From contig OY761158.1 in NCBI GenBank assembly GCA_963664405.1, positions 1,856,001 to 1,920,000 on the forward strand: 64,000 bases of DNA, given 5' to 3'. Origin of the DNA: Thermoanaerobaculia bacterium (GTDB lineage Bacteria; Acidobacteriota; Thermoanaerobaculia; Multivoradales; Multivoraceae). This document shows positions 37,400 through 46,710 of the stretch, piece after piece (within the stretch, counting starts at the first letter, position 1; every line of letters begins with the position of its first letter). The translations under genes were made by a program, and so were the position numbers. Under the pieces are notes generated by a model. The model worked only from the letters and a program-made list of their open reading frames with translations, made no database searches and was not told where the DNA came from.

Positions 37400-38284
37400 G
37401 TGGCACGATCCCGCGGCACGGAGATGGTAGACGGAGCGCCTAGCGCCCTTGGGGATCGGCTCGAAGGTATCTGCGTCACTCTGTTCGGAGAGGCGCCGAC
37501 ACGCGTGACTCCGCTGGGGGAGGGAAACAACGATTGCTGGTCTCTGCAGGTATGGGTCGGTGGTCGGCGCTTGAAGTGCTTTGAGTGCACCAGTCCCGGG
37601 CGAGCTCAGATGGTCAAAACTGCGTCGCACATCCTAGAGCGTTCTAACATCTCGATTCCTCGAGTCCGCGCAGTACTCGATCGAGTTGTTTTTGCCGACT
37701 GGATCGCCGGAAGGGCGATGCGACGGGTTGGCCAGACCGAGATCGACCTGATAGCGCGATATCACGCGCAACTGCACCAAGCACCCCTTACGCGCTCTGA
37801 GCGCGCCAAATCGGGGGGGTTCGTTCATCTGACGTGGCTATCCGATCGCTTCCGAAGCATCGCTACCCCAGTTCTTGGCCAGGCGGCTGTCGAAGAGACT
37901 CTGGGGGCTCTTGCTGCCATGGTGCCTTCTGAGCTCAAGATCGGAATTGTTCACCCCGACTTCATCGAGCCCAATATCGTGGTTGACCGCGATGGCGACT
38001 TCGTCGTCGTGGACAACGAGTTTCTGTCACTCGGTACCGGATTCGAGTTCGACATCCTGAATTCGAGCTGTTTCAGGAAAGCGGTGGATCCGAGCCGCCG
38101 CGAGAGCTATCTCGAGAGCTACTCGAAGTACGGCGATTGTGGAACCCTGTGGAGCCACCTCCGATATTGGGAGCTCTGCTTTCTGTTGAAGCGAACGAAC
38201 AAGCAGTTTTTACTTGGTGACATGGGGGCAGGCCGGACCAACTTTGAACGCCTCCGACAAGAGATCCACGATCGAGATGTCTAG
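37400..38284 (+). CDS. Phosphotransferase (APH-like) family protein
   Basis: HAQLH, VHPDFIEPNIV, VVDNE. Confidence 0.75.
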   Translation: MARSRGTEMVDGAPSALGDRLEGICVTLFGEAPTRVTPLGEGNNDCWSLQVWVGGRRLKCFECTSPGRAQMVKTASHILERSNISIPRVRAVLDRVVFADWIAGRAMRRVGQTEIDLIARYHAQLHQAPLTRSERAKSGGFVHLTWLSDRFRSIATPVLGQAAVEETLGALAAMVPSELKIGIVHPDFIEPNIVVDRDGDFVVVDNEFLSLGTGFEFDILNSSCFRKAVDPSRRESYLESYSKYGDCGTLWSHLRYWELCFLLKRTNKQFLLGDMGAGRTNFERLRQEIHDRDV

Positions 38285-39134
38285 CGACGTAAGACCTGCA
38301 CGAGCTGTAGCTATCAACGGTCTCCAACGAGGCGGGTCCAATGTGCTGTGGAATGTGCTGCAGTCTCACCCACTACTCTGTTCACCGATCCTAGAGACCG
38401 GCGCTCTCTTCACCGAGGAGATAGCACCTTTCTCGTGGCTACCACCGGCGCGCGCAAAGCAGCTCGCCTCGAGCGGGCTTGTTCAGAGTCTTGGAGCGAG
38501 ATACGTGGGCCGGAAGCTCGATAGCTGCAAACTGAGAAACTTCGAGTCGCCCGACAACGGCAGCAAGTGCGAAGGCGTGGCCTACACATCAAAAGAGGTG
38601 CGAGACAGCATTATCTGCCTCAAGGGTGTTGGAAGCGATATCGACCTCAACCCGCTCCTCCGCAAGGTCTACGGTAGGGTGGCATTCGTACCCCTCGTTC
38701 GCGATGGCTATGCCGTGTGTGACGGATGGATGCGCCGGGGTATGTCTGCTTCCGCCGCCGGGAAGCGGTACGCGTCCTGCGTGCGCAGAATCCTTCAGCT
38801 CCAAGACGCCCCCGATAGCTGTCCTCTGGTCAGGTTCGAGGAGTTGGTCGTCGATCCTTTCGGGATCGCAGAGCGGATCTTCGGGTGGCTTAACCTCGAG
38901 CCGACCCAGCTGCCAAAACTGCGACTGAAAGCAAAACGGGTCTTGGGCGGCTCCGGGAGCCACGAGCCCACCTTTGGTGTCGAGGGGCAGAAGGAGTGGT
39001 TCGACCCGATCGAGATAGGCACAGTTCTGCGGCCCGGCATCGATGCTGTCCAGCGGGACAAGCTCGAGAGAGAGGCGCTGGCAGACTTCGAAAGACATGC
39101 TGGCCCGGCCCTAGCAGAACTGGGTTATCTGTAG
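38277..39134 (+). CDS. Sulfotransferase-like P-loop protein
   Basis: INGLQRGGSNVLWNVLQSHP, LVRDG, VRFEELVVDP. Confidence 0.75.
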   Translation: MSSDVRPARAVAINGLQRGGSNVLWNVLQSHPLLCSPILETGALFTEEIAPFSWLPPARAKQLASSGLVQSLGARYVGRKLDSCKLRNFESPDNGSKCEGVAYTSKEVRDSIICLKGVGSDIDLNPLLRKVYGRVAFVPLVRDGYAVCDGWMRRGMSASAAGKRYASCVRRILQLQDAPDSCPLVRFEELVVDPFGIAERIFGWLNLEPTQLPKLRLKAKRVLGGSGSHEPTFGVEGQKEWFDPIEIGTVLRPGIDAVQRDKLEREALADFERHAGPALAELGYL

Positions 39135-40321
39135 TGTTCCGGAGGGGAGGAACCCCGTCCGTCAACACACATGCGCAGATCGCGCCCCCTGCCGAGTAGG
39201 CTGTCAATGTGGTGCACACCGCAGTTGTTCCAAGCCGCAGAACCCCTCGCGAGAATTGGCGCCACGGGCAAAGACCGCTCGACGAACTCCCCCCTGGTCA
39301 GCTCGACGATCTCGAAAGCATGGATGTCGAGGCCGTACTCCGGATCGCAGTTCTGAGCGAAGCGAATCAACTTCTCGCGCTCGACGGCCATCCTCCCGGC
39401 GGGGCGAGCGTGATGAGCATCACCGCGGATCACAGGGCTCCGGGGATGCTCCACCCAGTTCTGTTCGAGGCGATCGGAGAAGTAGAGATGTAACTCGTCG
39501 TTTCGCCCTTCCCCATCCGCTCCTGCGAACAGCCACCAACTCCCGTCGAATCGGAAGGGGGTCGCATCCACCAGCGCCACATCTTCAAGCAGCACCGACT
39601 CGAGCCGCCAGTCATTGGGGTATTCGTAGGCGCGGTACAAGCGTACCGTCGTGTCCTGTTTGCTTTCGGGAACCATGTAGTAGCTGCCGTCGACTTCGAA
39701 AGCGTGTGGATAGGACAGATGAAAGGGCTCGGCAAGCACAACGCCCTGGTAAGTCCATCGGTACCCGTTTCGACTCGTGGCGACGCCGATCTCGCCTCTG
39801 TTCTCCAGCCAGTTAAGGGTCTCGAAGAACATCTGCCAGCCTTCTGGAGAAGGCAGAATGAAGGGGTCGGCGACCATGGCGGACACGTGGTCGGTGACGT
39901 CGTAGCGCGTGAGCACGGGGTTGTCGGTCTCGGGCGCCGGCCGGAGGCGAGTCAGGCTCGGTCCCGAGTAGATTCCGATCGACCACTCGGGGTAGGCGGG
40001 TTGGGACGGGACGTAGAGAAGGCACTCGATTCGGTCTTCCGCGGGCCGGCTCACCATGAGTCCCCTGGCTTCGAGGGCTGAGGCTTCTTCTTCGAAGATC
40101 TGCCGCAGCGCCTCGTTCGACGCCGTTTCGTCTGGCGGAAGTCGAGGCTCCGTGCCGGTCGCGCGGCGGTTGTTGTCCTCATCGAGACAAAGGTAGCTGC
40201 CCGCGTCCCCAACGTCGAGCCACTCGGGACAGTTTGACGTGTCGATCGGTCGCGCCTCTCGGCGCAGAGCCTCAACGTCGTCGGGCCCCTCGGGGATCCG
40301 AAAGAAGGTCCCCTCACGCAC
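39125..40321 (-). CDS. Beta-propeller glycosyl-hydrolase-like protein (GINT1 N-terminal-like)
   Basis: WSIGIY, NPVLT, ADPF, MFFE, FHLSYP, YMVPE, EHPRSP, RPAG, HHID. Confidence 0.7.
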   Translation of the reverse strand: MREGTFFRIPEGPDDVEALRREARPIDTSNCPEWLDVGDAGSYLCLDEDNNRRATGTEPRLPPDETASNEALRQIFEEEASALEARGLMVSRPAEDRIECLLYVPSQPAYPEWSIGIYSGPSLTRLRPAPETDNPVLTRYDVTDHVSAMVADPFILPSPEGWQMFFETLNWLENRGEIGVATSRNGYRWTYQGVVLAEPFHLSYPHAFEVDGSYYMVPESKQDTTVRLYRAYEYPNDWRLESVLLEDVALVDATPFRFDGSWWLFAGADGEGRNDELHLYFSDRLEQNWVEHPRSPVIRGDAHHARPAGRMAVEREKLIRFAQNCDPEYGLDIHAFEIVELTRGEFVERSLPVAPILARGSAAWNNCGVHHIDSLLGRGRDLRMCVDGRGSSPPEHYR

Positions 40322-41555
40322 GGTGTCTCTCCTCGGAGAGCTTGTTCGCGAGAATTACGACTTCGGCGGTAACCCGCTCCCACGTGTAACGAGCAAGCAC
40401 CTCTTCGCGCGCGGCGGTACCGATTCTCCCGGCGAGGTCGCTGTCGTCCAACAATACCGAGATGCCTTCTGCCAATTTCTGGTTGTCGCCGGCTGGGTAG
40501 AGCCATCCGTTGCGCCCATGCTCGACGACCTGGGAGATCTGACCGAGATCGGCGGCGACGGTGGGCGTCCCGACCGCCATCGACTCGAAGAGCTTCATCG
40601 GCGAGAAGAAGAAGTCGTCGATGGGGCCATAGGGAACGACGGCCACGTTCATGGCAGCCAGGTAGCTGGGAATCTCCTCGTGGGGCACTTTGCCTGTGAA
40701 GTGCACGCTCTCGGTGAGGCCGAGTCGGGCGACCTGCTGCTCGAGCTTCTCGCGCGTGTGTCCGTCACCGACCAGAAGCAGGCGCCGGTCGCCGGTACCC
40801 TGCTCGAGAGTGGCAAACGCCTCGATCAGGCCGGCTACGTCGTGCCATTTGTGAAAGCTGCCTACGAAACCCACGATCTCGGCCTCGTTTTCTCCCAGTA
40901 CCTCGCGGACCTTGCCCCTGTCTATCTCGCCGCCGAAGAGCCGCTTCGAGACCCCGTCGGGCAGCACGCGGATCCGATCGCGCTCTGCTCCGAGACCGAC
41001 GGCCCAGTCCGCCAGCCAATCGGTGAGAGCGACGATGGCATCGGCCTCACGGAGGATTGCCCCCTCCAGCTTGCGAGCCGTCTCGATCAGCGGAAAGTAG
41101 GTGTACCCGTCCTGCTGATCGGTGAGCGGAGCGTTGAGCTCGAGGATCCAGGGAATGTCGAGTTGGCGACGAAGCTCGAGGCCCCCAAACCCGAAGAGCG
41201 CGATGCGCTCGTACACGAAGTCGGGCTTCTCCTCTCGAAAGATCCGCGCGCCCTCAGCTTGGAGCCAGTGGTTCCACAGAATCGATCTCAGGTCTCGCTC
41301 CAGATAATGGTCGTAGATCTGGGGTTCGTTCTCGAGTCCCTCCCACAGCTCTTTGTTGAGTCCAGTAGGCCCAAGATGGTGGATGCGAGCCCGTGTCGAG
41401 TTGCCAGTGCCCTCACCGCCAGGCCACGAGCACACAATGAACACGTCATGTCCCGCGTCGACCAGTGCGTTGGTGAACTCTCGAATGTGTACCGAGCAGC
41501 CTTGGGAGCCCAAAACCTCGACGTCGACGTCGGAAACTAGATAGCCGATCTTCAT
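40314..41555 (-). CDS. GT4 glycosyltransferase
   Basis: GFVGSFHKWH, VGDG, FTGKVPH, SPMKLFESMAVG. Confidence 0.92.
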   Translation of the reverse strand: MKIGYLVSDVDVEVLGSQGCSVHIREFTNALVDAGHDVFIVCSWPGGEGTGNSTRARIHHLGPTGLNKELWEGLENEPQIYDHYLERDLRSILWNHWLQAEGARIFREEKPDFVYERIALFGFGGLELRRQLDIPWILELNAPLTDQQDGYTYFPLIETARKLEGAILREADAIVALTDWLADWAVGLGAERDRIRVLPDGVSKRLFGGEIDRGKVREVLGENEAEIVGFVGSFHKWHDVAGLIEAFATLEQGTGDRRLLLVGDGHTREKLEQQVARLGLTESVHFTGKVPHEEIPSYLAAMNVAVVPYGPIDDFFFSPMKLFESMAVGTPTVAADLGQISQVVEHGRNGWLYPAGDNQKLAEGISVLLDDSDLAGRIGTAAREEVLARYTWERVTAEVVILANKLSEERHRA

Positions 41556-43840
41556 ACGGCTCCCTCGAGCTCTCTCACCCTCTCAGCGGAGGCTGCCATG
41601 GCCCTCTCATAAGCGGCCAGGACCCGCTCGATGTAGCGGTCCTGAGCGAAGTAGCTCTCGACCCTTTGTCGTGCGCCCTCTCCGAGGCGCTCGCGGAGCT
41701 CCTCATTGCTCAGAATCCGATCGATGGCTCTGGCGACCACGCCGACGTCTCGCGGCGGGACGAGAAAGCCAGTGTCGCCTTCGACAACCGCTTCCGCCGA
41801 GCCACCTGTGTCTGCTACGACGACCGGGCAGCCGCAGGACATCGCCTCCACGTAGACGTTGGCTACCCCATTCTCGTTGTCGCAGGGAGAAGCGAACACG
41901 TCCGCCCCCTGATAGAGGCTGACAATCTCCGAGCGCTCCTCGACGAAGGGTATGAGCTCCAGGTTGCGGGAAGCGCCTGCCGCTTCGGCCTTCGAGGCGA
42001 GGCGACGCGTCAAATCGTTCTGCCTGCCGACGACCTGCAGCAAGATCTCAGGATGGCGCTCACGTAGCCCCATCACGGCTTCGAAGACGGTCTTCACGCC
42101 TTTTGCCTTTGAGATGGTGCCGACGAAGAGCACTGTGTGCCGATGGCCGGGGAGGCGCTCACCGGCATCGGGTGAAAAGACCTCGGTGTCGATCCCGCAG
42201 TGGACGACATCGATTTTCTCGCGCGGCGTGCCATAGAAGCCGCTCACCCAGTCGGCGATATTCGCGCTCGAAGCCATCCAGCCGTCGGCCAACCGAATTG
42301 CTTCACCCTCGAGAACCGCCGCCGTGCGATAGAAGCTCGATTCCTTCTCGGGCCACCCCATGCGCTCGGCGAGCATGGCCAGGGGAGCGTGCAAGTGAAC
42401 GATGGCCGGGACCCAGTTCTCGACCGTGCGATTGAGCAGAAACGCCGCCCCCTCCGCTCCATACTCGGGAAAGTTCACCAGATCGAACGACTCCCGCGGC
42501 CGCAGTCGCGTCAGACACTCGAGCACGGCCCAGGAGTAGCCCAACAGGAACGCGGGTTGAGTGAGCAAGGGCACCCCCGGCGGCGCGTCCCCGGGCCGGC
42601 GCATTCTATGCACGCGGACCCCTGCCTGAGTCGTTGTGGCCATTGGCTCCTCGATGGCACCGGCGGCGCAGGACAAAACATCGACCGAGTGCCCGAGACG
42701 GGTGAGCCCCTGGGCCTTGTTCCAGGTTTGCGTGCCGATACCGCCATCGGCGGTTTCGGGAGGATACTCATAGGACACCAAGCAGTAACGCATGCCTTGT
42801 CTGTACAGTTGTCGAATCCCGGCGGATTCGATAGGCCACCGATGATATCCGGGTCGCGACTGCGACGCCTCGGAGGCCTCGGCGCCGGGCATCTGCCGGG
42901 CGACGAGGTCGCGCAGCCTTCGACACCACCAGTAGGATCGGTATCGATAGAGCTTACGTAAGAACACCTTCGCGGGCAATACCTCCAGGCCCAGCTGCCC
43001 GGCCTCCTCGCGATAGCTCTCGACGAAGCGTTCGAGATCCTTTGGCTTGTAGCCCTGGCTGAACTGAGAAAGATCGAAGAGGGTACTACCAAGGCCAAAC
43101 CCTTCCCAGTCAACGGGGCAAACACTATTGCTCGATGGCTGCCCATCCCCGGACCTAATGAGAATATTGTGGTGGCTGAAGTCACCGTGAACCCAGGTAT
43201 GGCCGTCGTCCATCAAGGTATCGGCCAGAGAGAGCACGCGGTCCCTCACTCCTAGCACACTCGGAGAAATTTCGGGATAGCGTTCGCGAACGAGGGCGTA
43301 CATCTCATTCGCAACGCGGGAGAAGTGACGGTGATCGAACCTGACCTCGCCGAATGTAAGAGCTCCGCTTTCAAGAGACCGGACCTGCTCGTGGAATTTC
43401 GCTAGCCACGAAGCGGCTGCGTACCAGTACTCCACACCGAAGTGGGCCACCGTGGTTCCGGAGATAGCCTCGATCAACAGCCACTCCTTGTTCTCATCAT
43501 CGACAAGGGACGCGGCAACGAATTCCGGTGTCCCGACCTTGATTTGCGGAAGGGCCGTTCGGTAGGCGAACACCTCACGCTGCCTCTTGCGCCGACGGCT
43601 TTGCTCTGGATTGACGCGCCGATCAATGCGTTGCCCATACTTCTTGAGAAACAGCCGCAGGGTTCCACCGGAAGAGAGATCGACCGATATGACGTCGCAC
43701 TCGGCAGTGCTTGTGTCTTGGAAAGGCATCCCCCTCAAACTGTCGACATGGGTATCGGCGCCGAACCGCTGACGGACGTATCGGTCAATGTGGGGGCCGA
43801 TTTCCTCGTCCCGGATGCCCTCTCCTGCTTGGCTACACAT
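41552..43840 (-). CDS. APH-like phosphotransferase fused in frame to a GT4 glycosyltransferase (internal ATG 42793)
   Basis: N-half VHGDFSHHNIL, PVDWE; C-half YEYPP..GGIGT, FVGTISKAKG, VEAMSCGCPVV. Confidence 0.8.
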   Translation of the reverse strand: MCSQAGEGIRDEEIGPHIDRYVRQRFGADTHVDSLRGMPFQDTSTAECDVISVDLSSGGTLRLFLKKYGQRIDRRVNPEQSRRRKRQREVFAYRTALPQIKVGTPEFVAASLVDDENKEWLLIEAISGTTVAHFGVEYWYAAASWLAKFHEQVRSLESGALTFGEVRFDHRHFSRVANEMYALVRERYPEISPSVLGVRDRVLSLADTLMDDGHTWVHGDFSHHNILIRSGDGQPSSNSVCPVDWEGFGLGSTLFDLSQFSQGYKPKDLERFVESYREEAGQLGLEVLPAKVFLRKLYRYRSYWWCRRLRDLVARQMPGAEASEASQSRPGYHRWPIESAGIRQLYRQGMRYCLVSYEYPPETADGGIGTQTWNKAQGLTRLGHSVDVLSCAAGAIEEPMATTTQAGVRVHRMRRPGDAPPGVPLLTQPAFLLGYSWAVLECLTRLRPRESFDLVNFPEYGAEGAAFLLNRTVENWVPAIVHLHAPLAMLAERMGWPEKESSFYRTAAVLEGEAIRLADGWMASSANIADWVSGFYGTPREKIDVVHCGIDTEVFSPDAGERLPGHRHTVLFVGTISKAKGVKTVFEAVMGLRERHPEILLQVVGRQNDLTRRLASKAEAAGASRNLELIPFVEERSEIVSLYQGADVFASPCDNENGVANVYVEAMSCGCPVVVADTGGSAEAVVEGDTGFLVPPRDVGVVARAIDRILSNEELRERLGEGARQRVESYFAQDRYIERVLAAYERAMAASAERVRELEGAV

Positions 43841-43975
43841 GTCGAGAGAATGTCATCTCGCTGTCATCACCATGGCCCATTTCTGGATTCTCAGCAAGGA
43901 GCCCACAGAGGCACACACCTCGGACGAAGTCGACCTGTTTGTCCGTGTAGCAAGTTCTTGTTGAAACTCGCGGAA

Positions 43976-44668
43976 CTAGAAACCCAGCTCCACCCGCATT
44001 TCGTCACTGGGGCCAACAATCTCGATCTCCCGCTCGCTCCGGTGCTCGGGCTCGAGATGCCACACCGAGAGCTTGTAGGAACCCGGTGGCACATCGGGCA
44101 GCGAGAAGGTTCCATTAGCATCGGCGACGACCGCGTAGGGAGTCGAGCTGACCACGATGAACGCCGCCATCGCCGGGTGTATGTCACACCCTACGTCGAA
44201 GACTCCGGGCGCTGGGAATGTGTGTTGGTAGGAGACGAAGGCGGGTGATGCGACGTTGAACTCGGTCTCACCCGACTCGCCGTCGACCACCCGCACATTG
44301 TGAAAGACGTCTTCGCTGTTGATGAACTCGACCGGCTCGCCCGCACCGACGAGGAGCACGGCGGGATGGAACACGCTCCCCAGCTGGTCCATGTACTTCG
44401 TACCCTCTTGTGTCGCGGGAACAACTCTGTCCAGGGCCTCGAGCATGACTACCGCAGGGTGACCCCCTACCGCAGGCGGAGCTTTCCCCGTCACCCGGAC
44501 ACCGAGACTGGGCTCCGCGGTTTCTATCGCAGCCGCCGGCAGGCCTTCGGTCGGGGCCTCCGCGCAGCCACCACTGGTCACTAAGAGCACAGGGACCGCG
44601 CCACGCAATAGACGAAGAGCACCTTGGGATACACCGCACACGGCGGAGCAAAGACTTCTGGGAATCAT
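43976..44668 (-). CDS. Cupredoxin-domain lipoprotein with carboxypeptidase-regulatory-like C-terminus, copy B
   Basis: SGGC lipobox-like; FHNV..GCDIHPAM type-1 Cu ligand pattern; DVPPGSYKLSVWH. Confidence 0.8.
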   Translation of the reverse strand: MIPRSLCSAVCGVSQGALRLLRGAVPVLLVTSGGCAEAPTEGLPAAAIETAEPSLGVRVTGKAPPAVGGHPAVVMLEALDRVVPATQEGTKYMDQLGSVFHPAVLLVGAGEPVEFINSEDVFHNVRVVDGESGETEFNVASPAFVSYQHTFPAPGVFDVGCDIHPAMAAFIVVSSTPYAVVADANGTFSLPDVPPGSYKLSVWHLEPEHRSEREIEIVGPSDEMRVELGF

Positions 44669-44756
44669 GGGGAGAGAGCGAGCCAAGGGGGAGCGCGGCG
44701 CTTCCAGACTCCGGCTAGTCTACACTCGCCTTCGACGTGAGAGTGCAGCGGGCGGC

Positions 44757-45470
44757 TCAGCTTTCGTCAACGATCCGCCCGTCAGACATCAGAACCCGTC
44801 GCTGTGCATGTTCCGCCACCTCGGTCTCATGGGTGACGACGACGACCGTGGCACCCGACGCCGACAGCTGATCGACGATCTCCATCACCTCTCTCGACGT
44901 CCGCGAGTCCAGATTGCCGGTCGGCTCGTCGGCAAGGAGAAGAGAGGGTCCTCCGACCAAGGCACGAGCGATCGCAACTCGCTGGCGCTCCCCTCCCGAG
45001 AGTTGATTCGGCCGATGCTCCACGCGATCGCCAAGGCCGACTCTCTGCAGAGCGTCCCGAGCCCGATCCGCTCTCTCCGGTGGCTTCACGCCGGCATAGA
45101 TCAACGGCAGCTCCACGTTCTTCAGTGCGCTGAGTCTGGGCAGTAAGTTGAAGCTCTGGAAGATGAAGCCGACCTCCCGGTTTCGAACCCTGGCTAGAGA
45201 ATCATCATCCAGTTGGGGAACGTCGTGACCGAGCAGATGGTATCGCCCCTCGGTCGGCGTATCGAGGCAACCCAGGATGTTCATGAGGGTCGACTTCCCG
45301 CTGCCCGACGACCCCATCACCGCGACATACTCCCCCGCCTCCAGTGATAGATCGATGCCGTCGAGAGCGCGTACCTCGCTCGACCCGACCGAGAAGACGC
45401 GGTGAATGTTCTCGAGCTCGATCATGGAGCTCACGCGCTTGCCGACGGGGGCCACCGAGCTACTACTCAT
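44757..45470 (-). CDS. MacB/LolD-type ABC ATP-binding protein
   Basis: GSSGSGKSTLMNILGCLD, FQSFNLL, LSGGERQR, ADEPTGNLD. Confidence 0.95.
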   Translation of the reverse strand: MSSSSVAPVGKRVSSMIELENIHRVFSVGSSEVRALDGIDLSLEAGEYVAVMGSSGSGKSTLMNILGCLDTPTEGRYHLLGHDVPQLDDDSLARVRNREVGFIFQSFNLLPRLSALKNVELPLIYAGVKPPERADRARDALQRVGLGDRVEHRPNQLSGGERQRVAIARALVGGPSLLLADEPTGNLDSRTSREVMEIVDQLSASGATVVVVTHETEVAEHAQRRVLMSDGRIVDES

Positions 45471-46710
45471 AGTGCAGAGCCTGGATCGGATCGAGATCCG
45501 CAGCGCGACGAGCCGGATAGAAGCCCGAAGAGACCCCGACTACGACCGCAACTCCAGTCGCAAGAAACACCGAAAGCGGTGTCACCACTGTCGGCCAATC
45601 CGCGACCGCGCCTACCGCACGAGAGATGCCGAGCCCCATGAGAACGCCGATCAACCCACCGAAGGCGCTGATGGCGAACGACTCGACGAGGAACTGCACC
45701 AAAATGTCACGCCTGCGCGCGCCTACTGCGCGCCGCAAGCCAATCTCGCGTGTTCGCTCGAGTACGCTCGCGAGCATGATGTTCATGATGCCGATACCAC
45801 CCACCAGAAGCGAGATCCCGGCGATGCAGCCCATGACGATGTTGAAGATGCGCTGGGTCCGTCGGCTCTGCTCCAGCAACCCCTCCGGAACCACCAGAAC
45901 GTAGTCTTCCATTCCGCCGTGCAGAACCGAGAGCAGTGCTTCAATAGAACGGGCGGCGGTGCGACTCGCCGTAGCGTCGTCTTCGCTGTCTTCGAGATGG
46001 ACGATGATCTCGCTCAAAGGAGAACCGAGCGGGCTGTGATCGAACCTTCTCAGCGCCGTCGTCACCGGCACATAGATGGCTCTCGAGGATGAACCGAGGG
46101 AGACTCCCTGGAAGGTGTCTCCCTCCCCTCCCCTCGCAGCGAGCACACCGATCACTGTGAGCCAGACGTCGTTCACTTTCAGGGCTGCACCCAAAGCAGG
46201 CTTGTACTGGAACAGCTCCCTGCGCAGGCCTGGCCCGATGACGCAGACCTGGGCGTGCTCCTTCTCGTCCAGCGCATCCACGAAGCGCCCCTCTTCGAGC
46301 TCGAGATCAGCGAGCTCCTGATGCTCCGGAACCACACCGTAAACGGTCCCTTCACCCCGCGCGCTACCGGCGAGGATGGCGTAGGGGGCAATCTCGACCT
46401 TGGGTGCGACCGACTCGACCCCGGGCACCGCCTCGCGAATCGCCTCGCAGTCACGCATCGATAGCCCGATGGAATGCTCTCGAATCTCGAGCAGCCGATC
46501 ATTATCGAAGCTCCGGGACCGAACGATTACGTTGCGCAGCCCCAGGCGCTCGATCGTACCCATGGCCTGAAGCTCTGCTCCCGCGCCGATAGAGAGCATC
46601 GAGATGACGGCGCCGACGCCGAATACCACTCCGAGCATGGCAAGCAGCGATCGCAGCTTGTGAGCGGCTAGGTTGCCAAGAGAGGCCATGAAGGCCTCCA
46701 GATAGCTCAT
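45463..46710 (-). CDS. MacB/FtsX-type ABC permease
   Basis: HKLRSLLAMLGVVFGVGAV, LLVGGIGIMNIMLASVLERTREIGLRRAVGA, PARRAADLDPIQALHYE; ATGA overlap with upstream MFP. Confidence 0.93.
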   Translation of the reverse strand: MSYLEAFMASLGNLAAHKLRSLLAMLGVVFGVGAVISMLSIGAGAELQAMGTIERLGLRNVIVRSRSFDNDRLLEIREHSIGLSMRDCEAIREAVPGVESVAPKVEIAPYAILAGSARGEGTVYGVVPEHQELADLELEEGRFVDALDEKEHAQVCVIGPGLRRELFQYKPALGAALKVNDVWLTVIGVLAARGGEGDTFQGVSLGSSSRAIYVPVTTALRRFDHSPLGSPLSEIIVHLEDSEDDATASRTAARSIEALLSVLHGGMEDYVLVVPEGLLEQSRRTQRIFNIVMGCIAGISLLVGGIGIMNIMLASVLERTREIGLRRAVGARRRDILVQFLVESFAISAFGGLIGVLMGLGISRAVGAVADWPTVVTPLSVFLATGVAVVVGVSSGFYPARRAADLDPIQALHYE

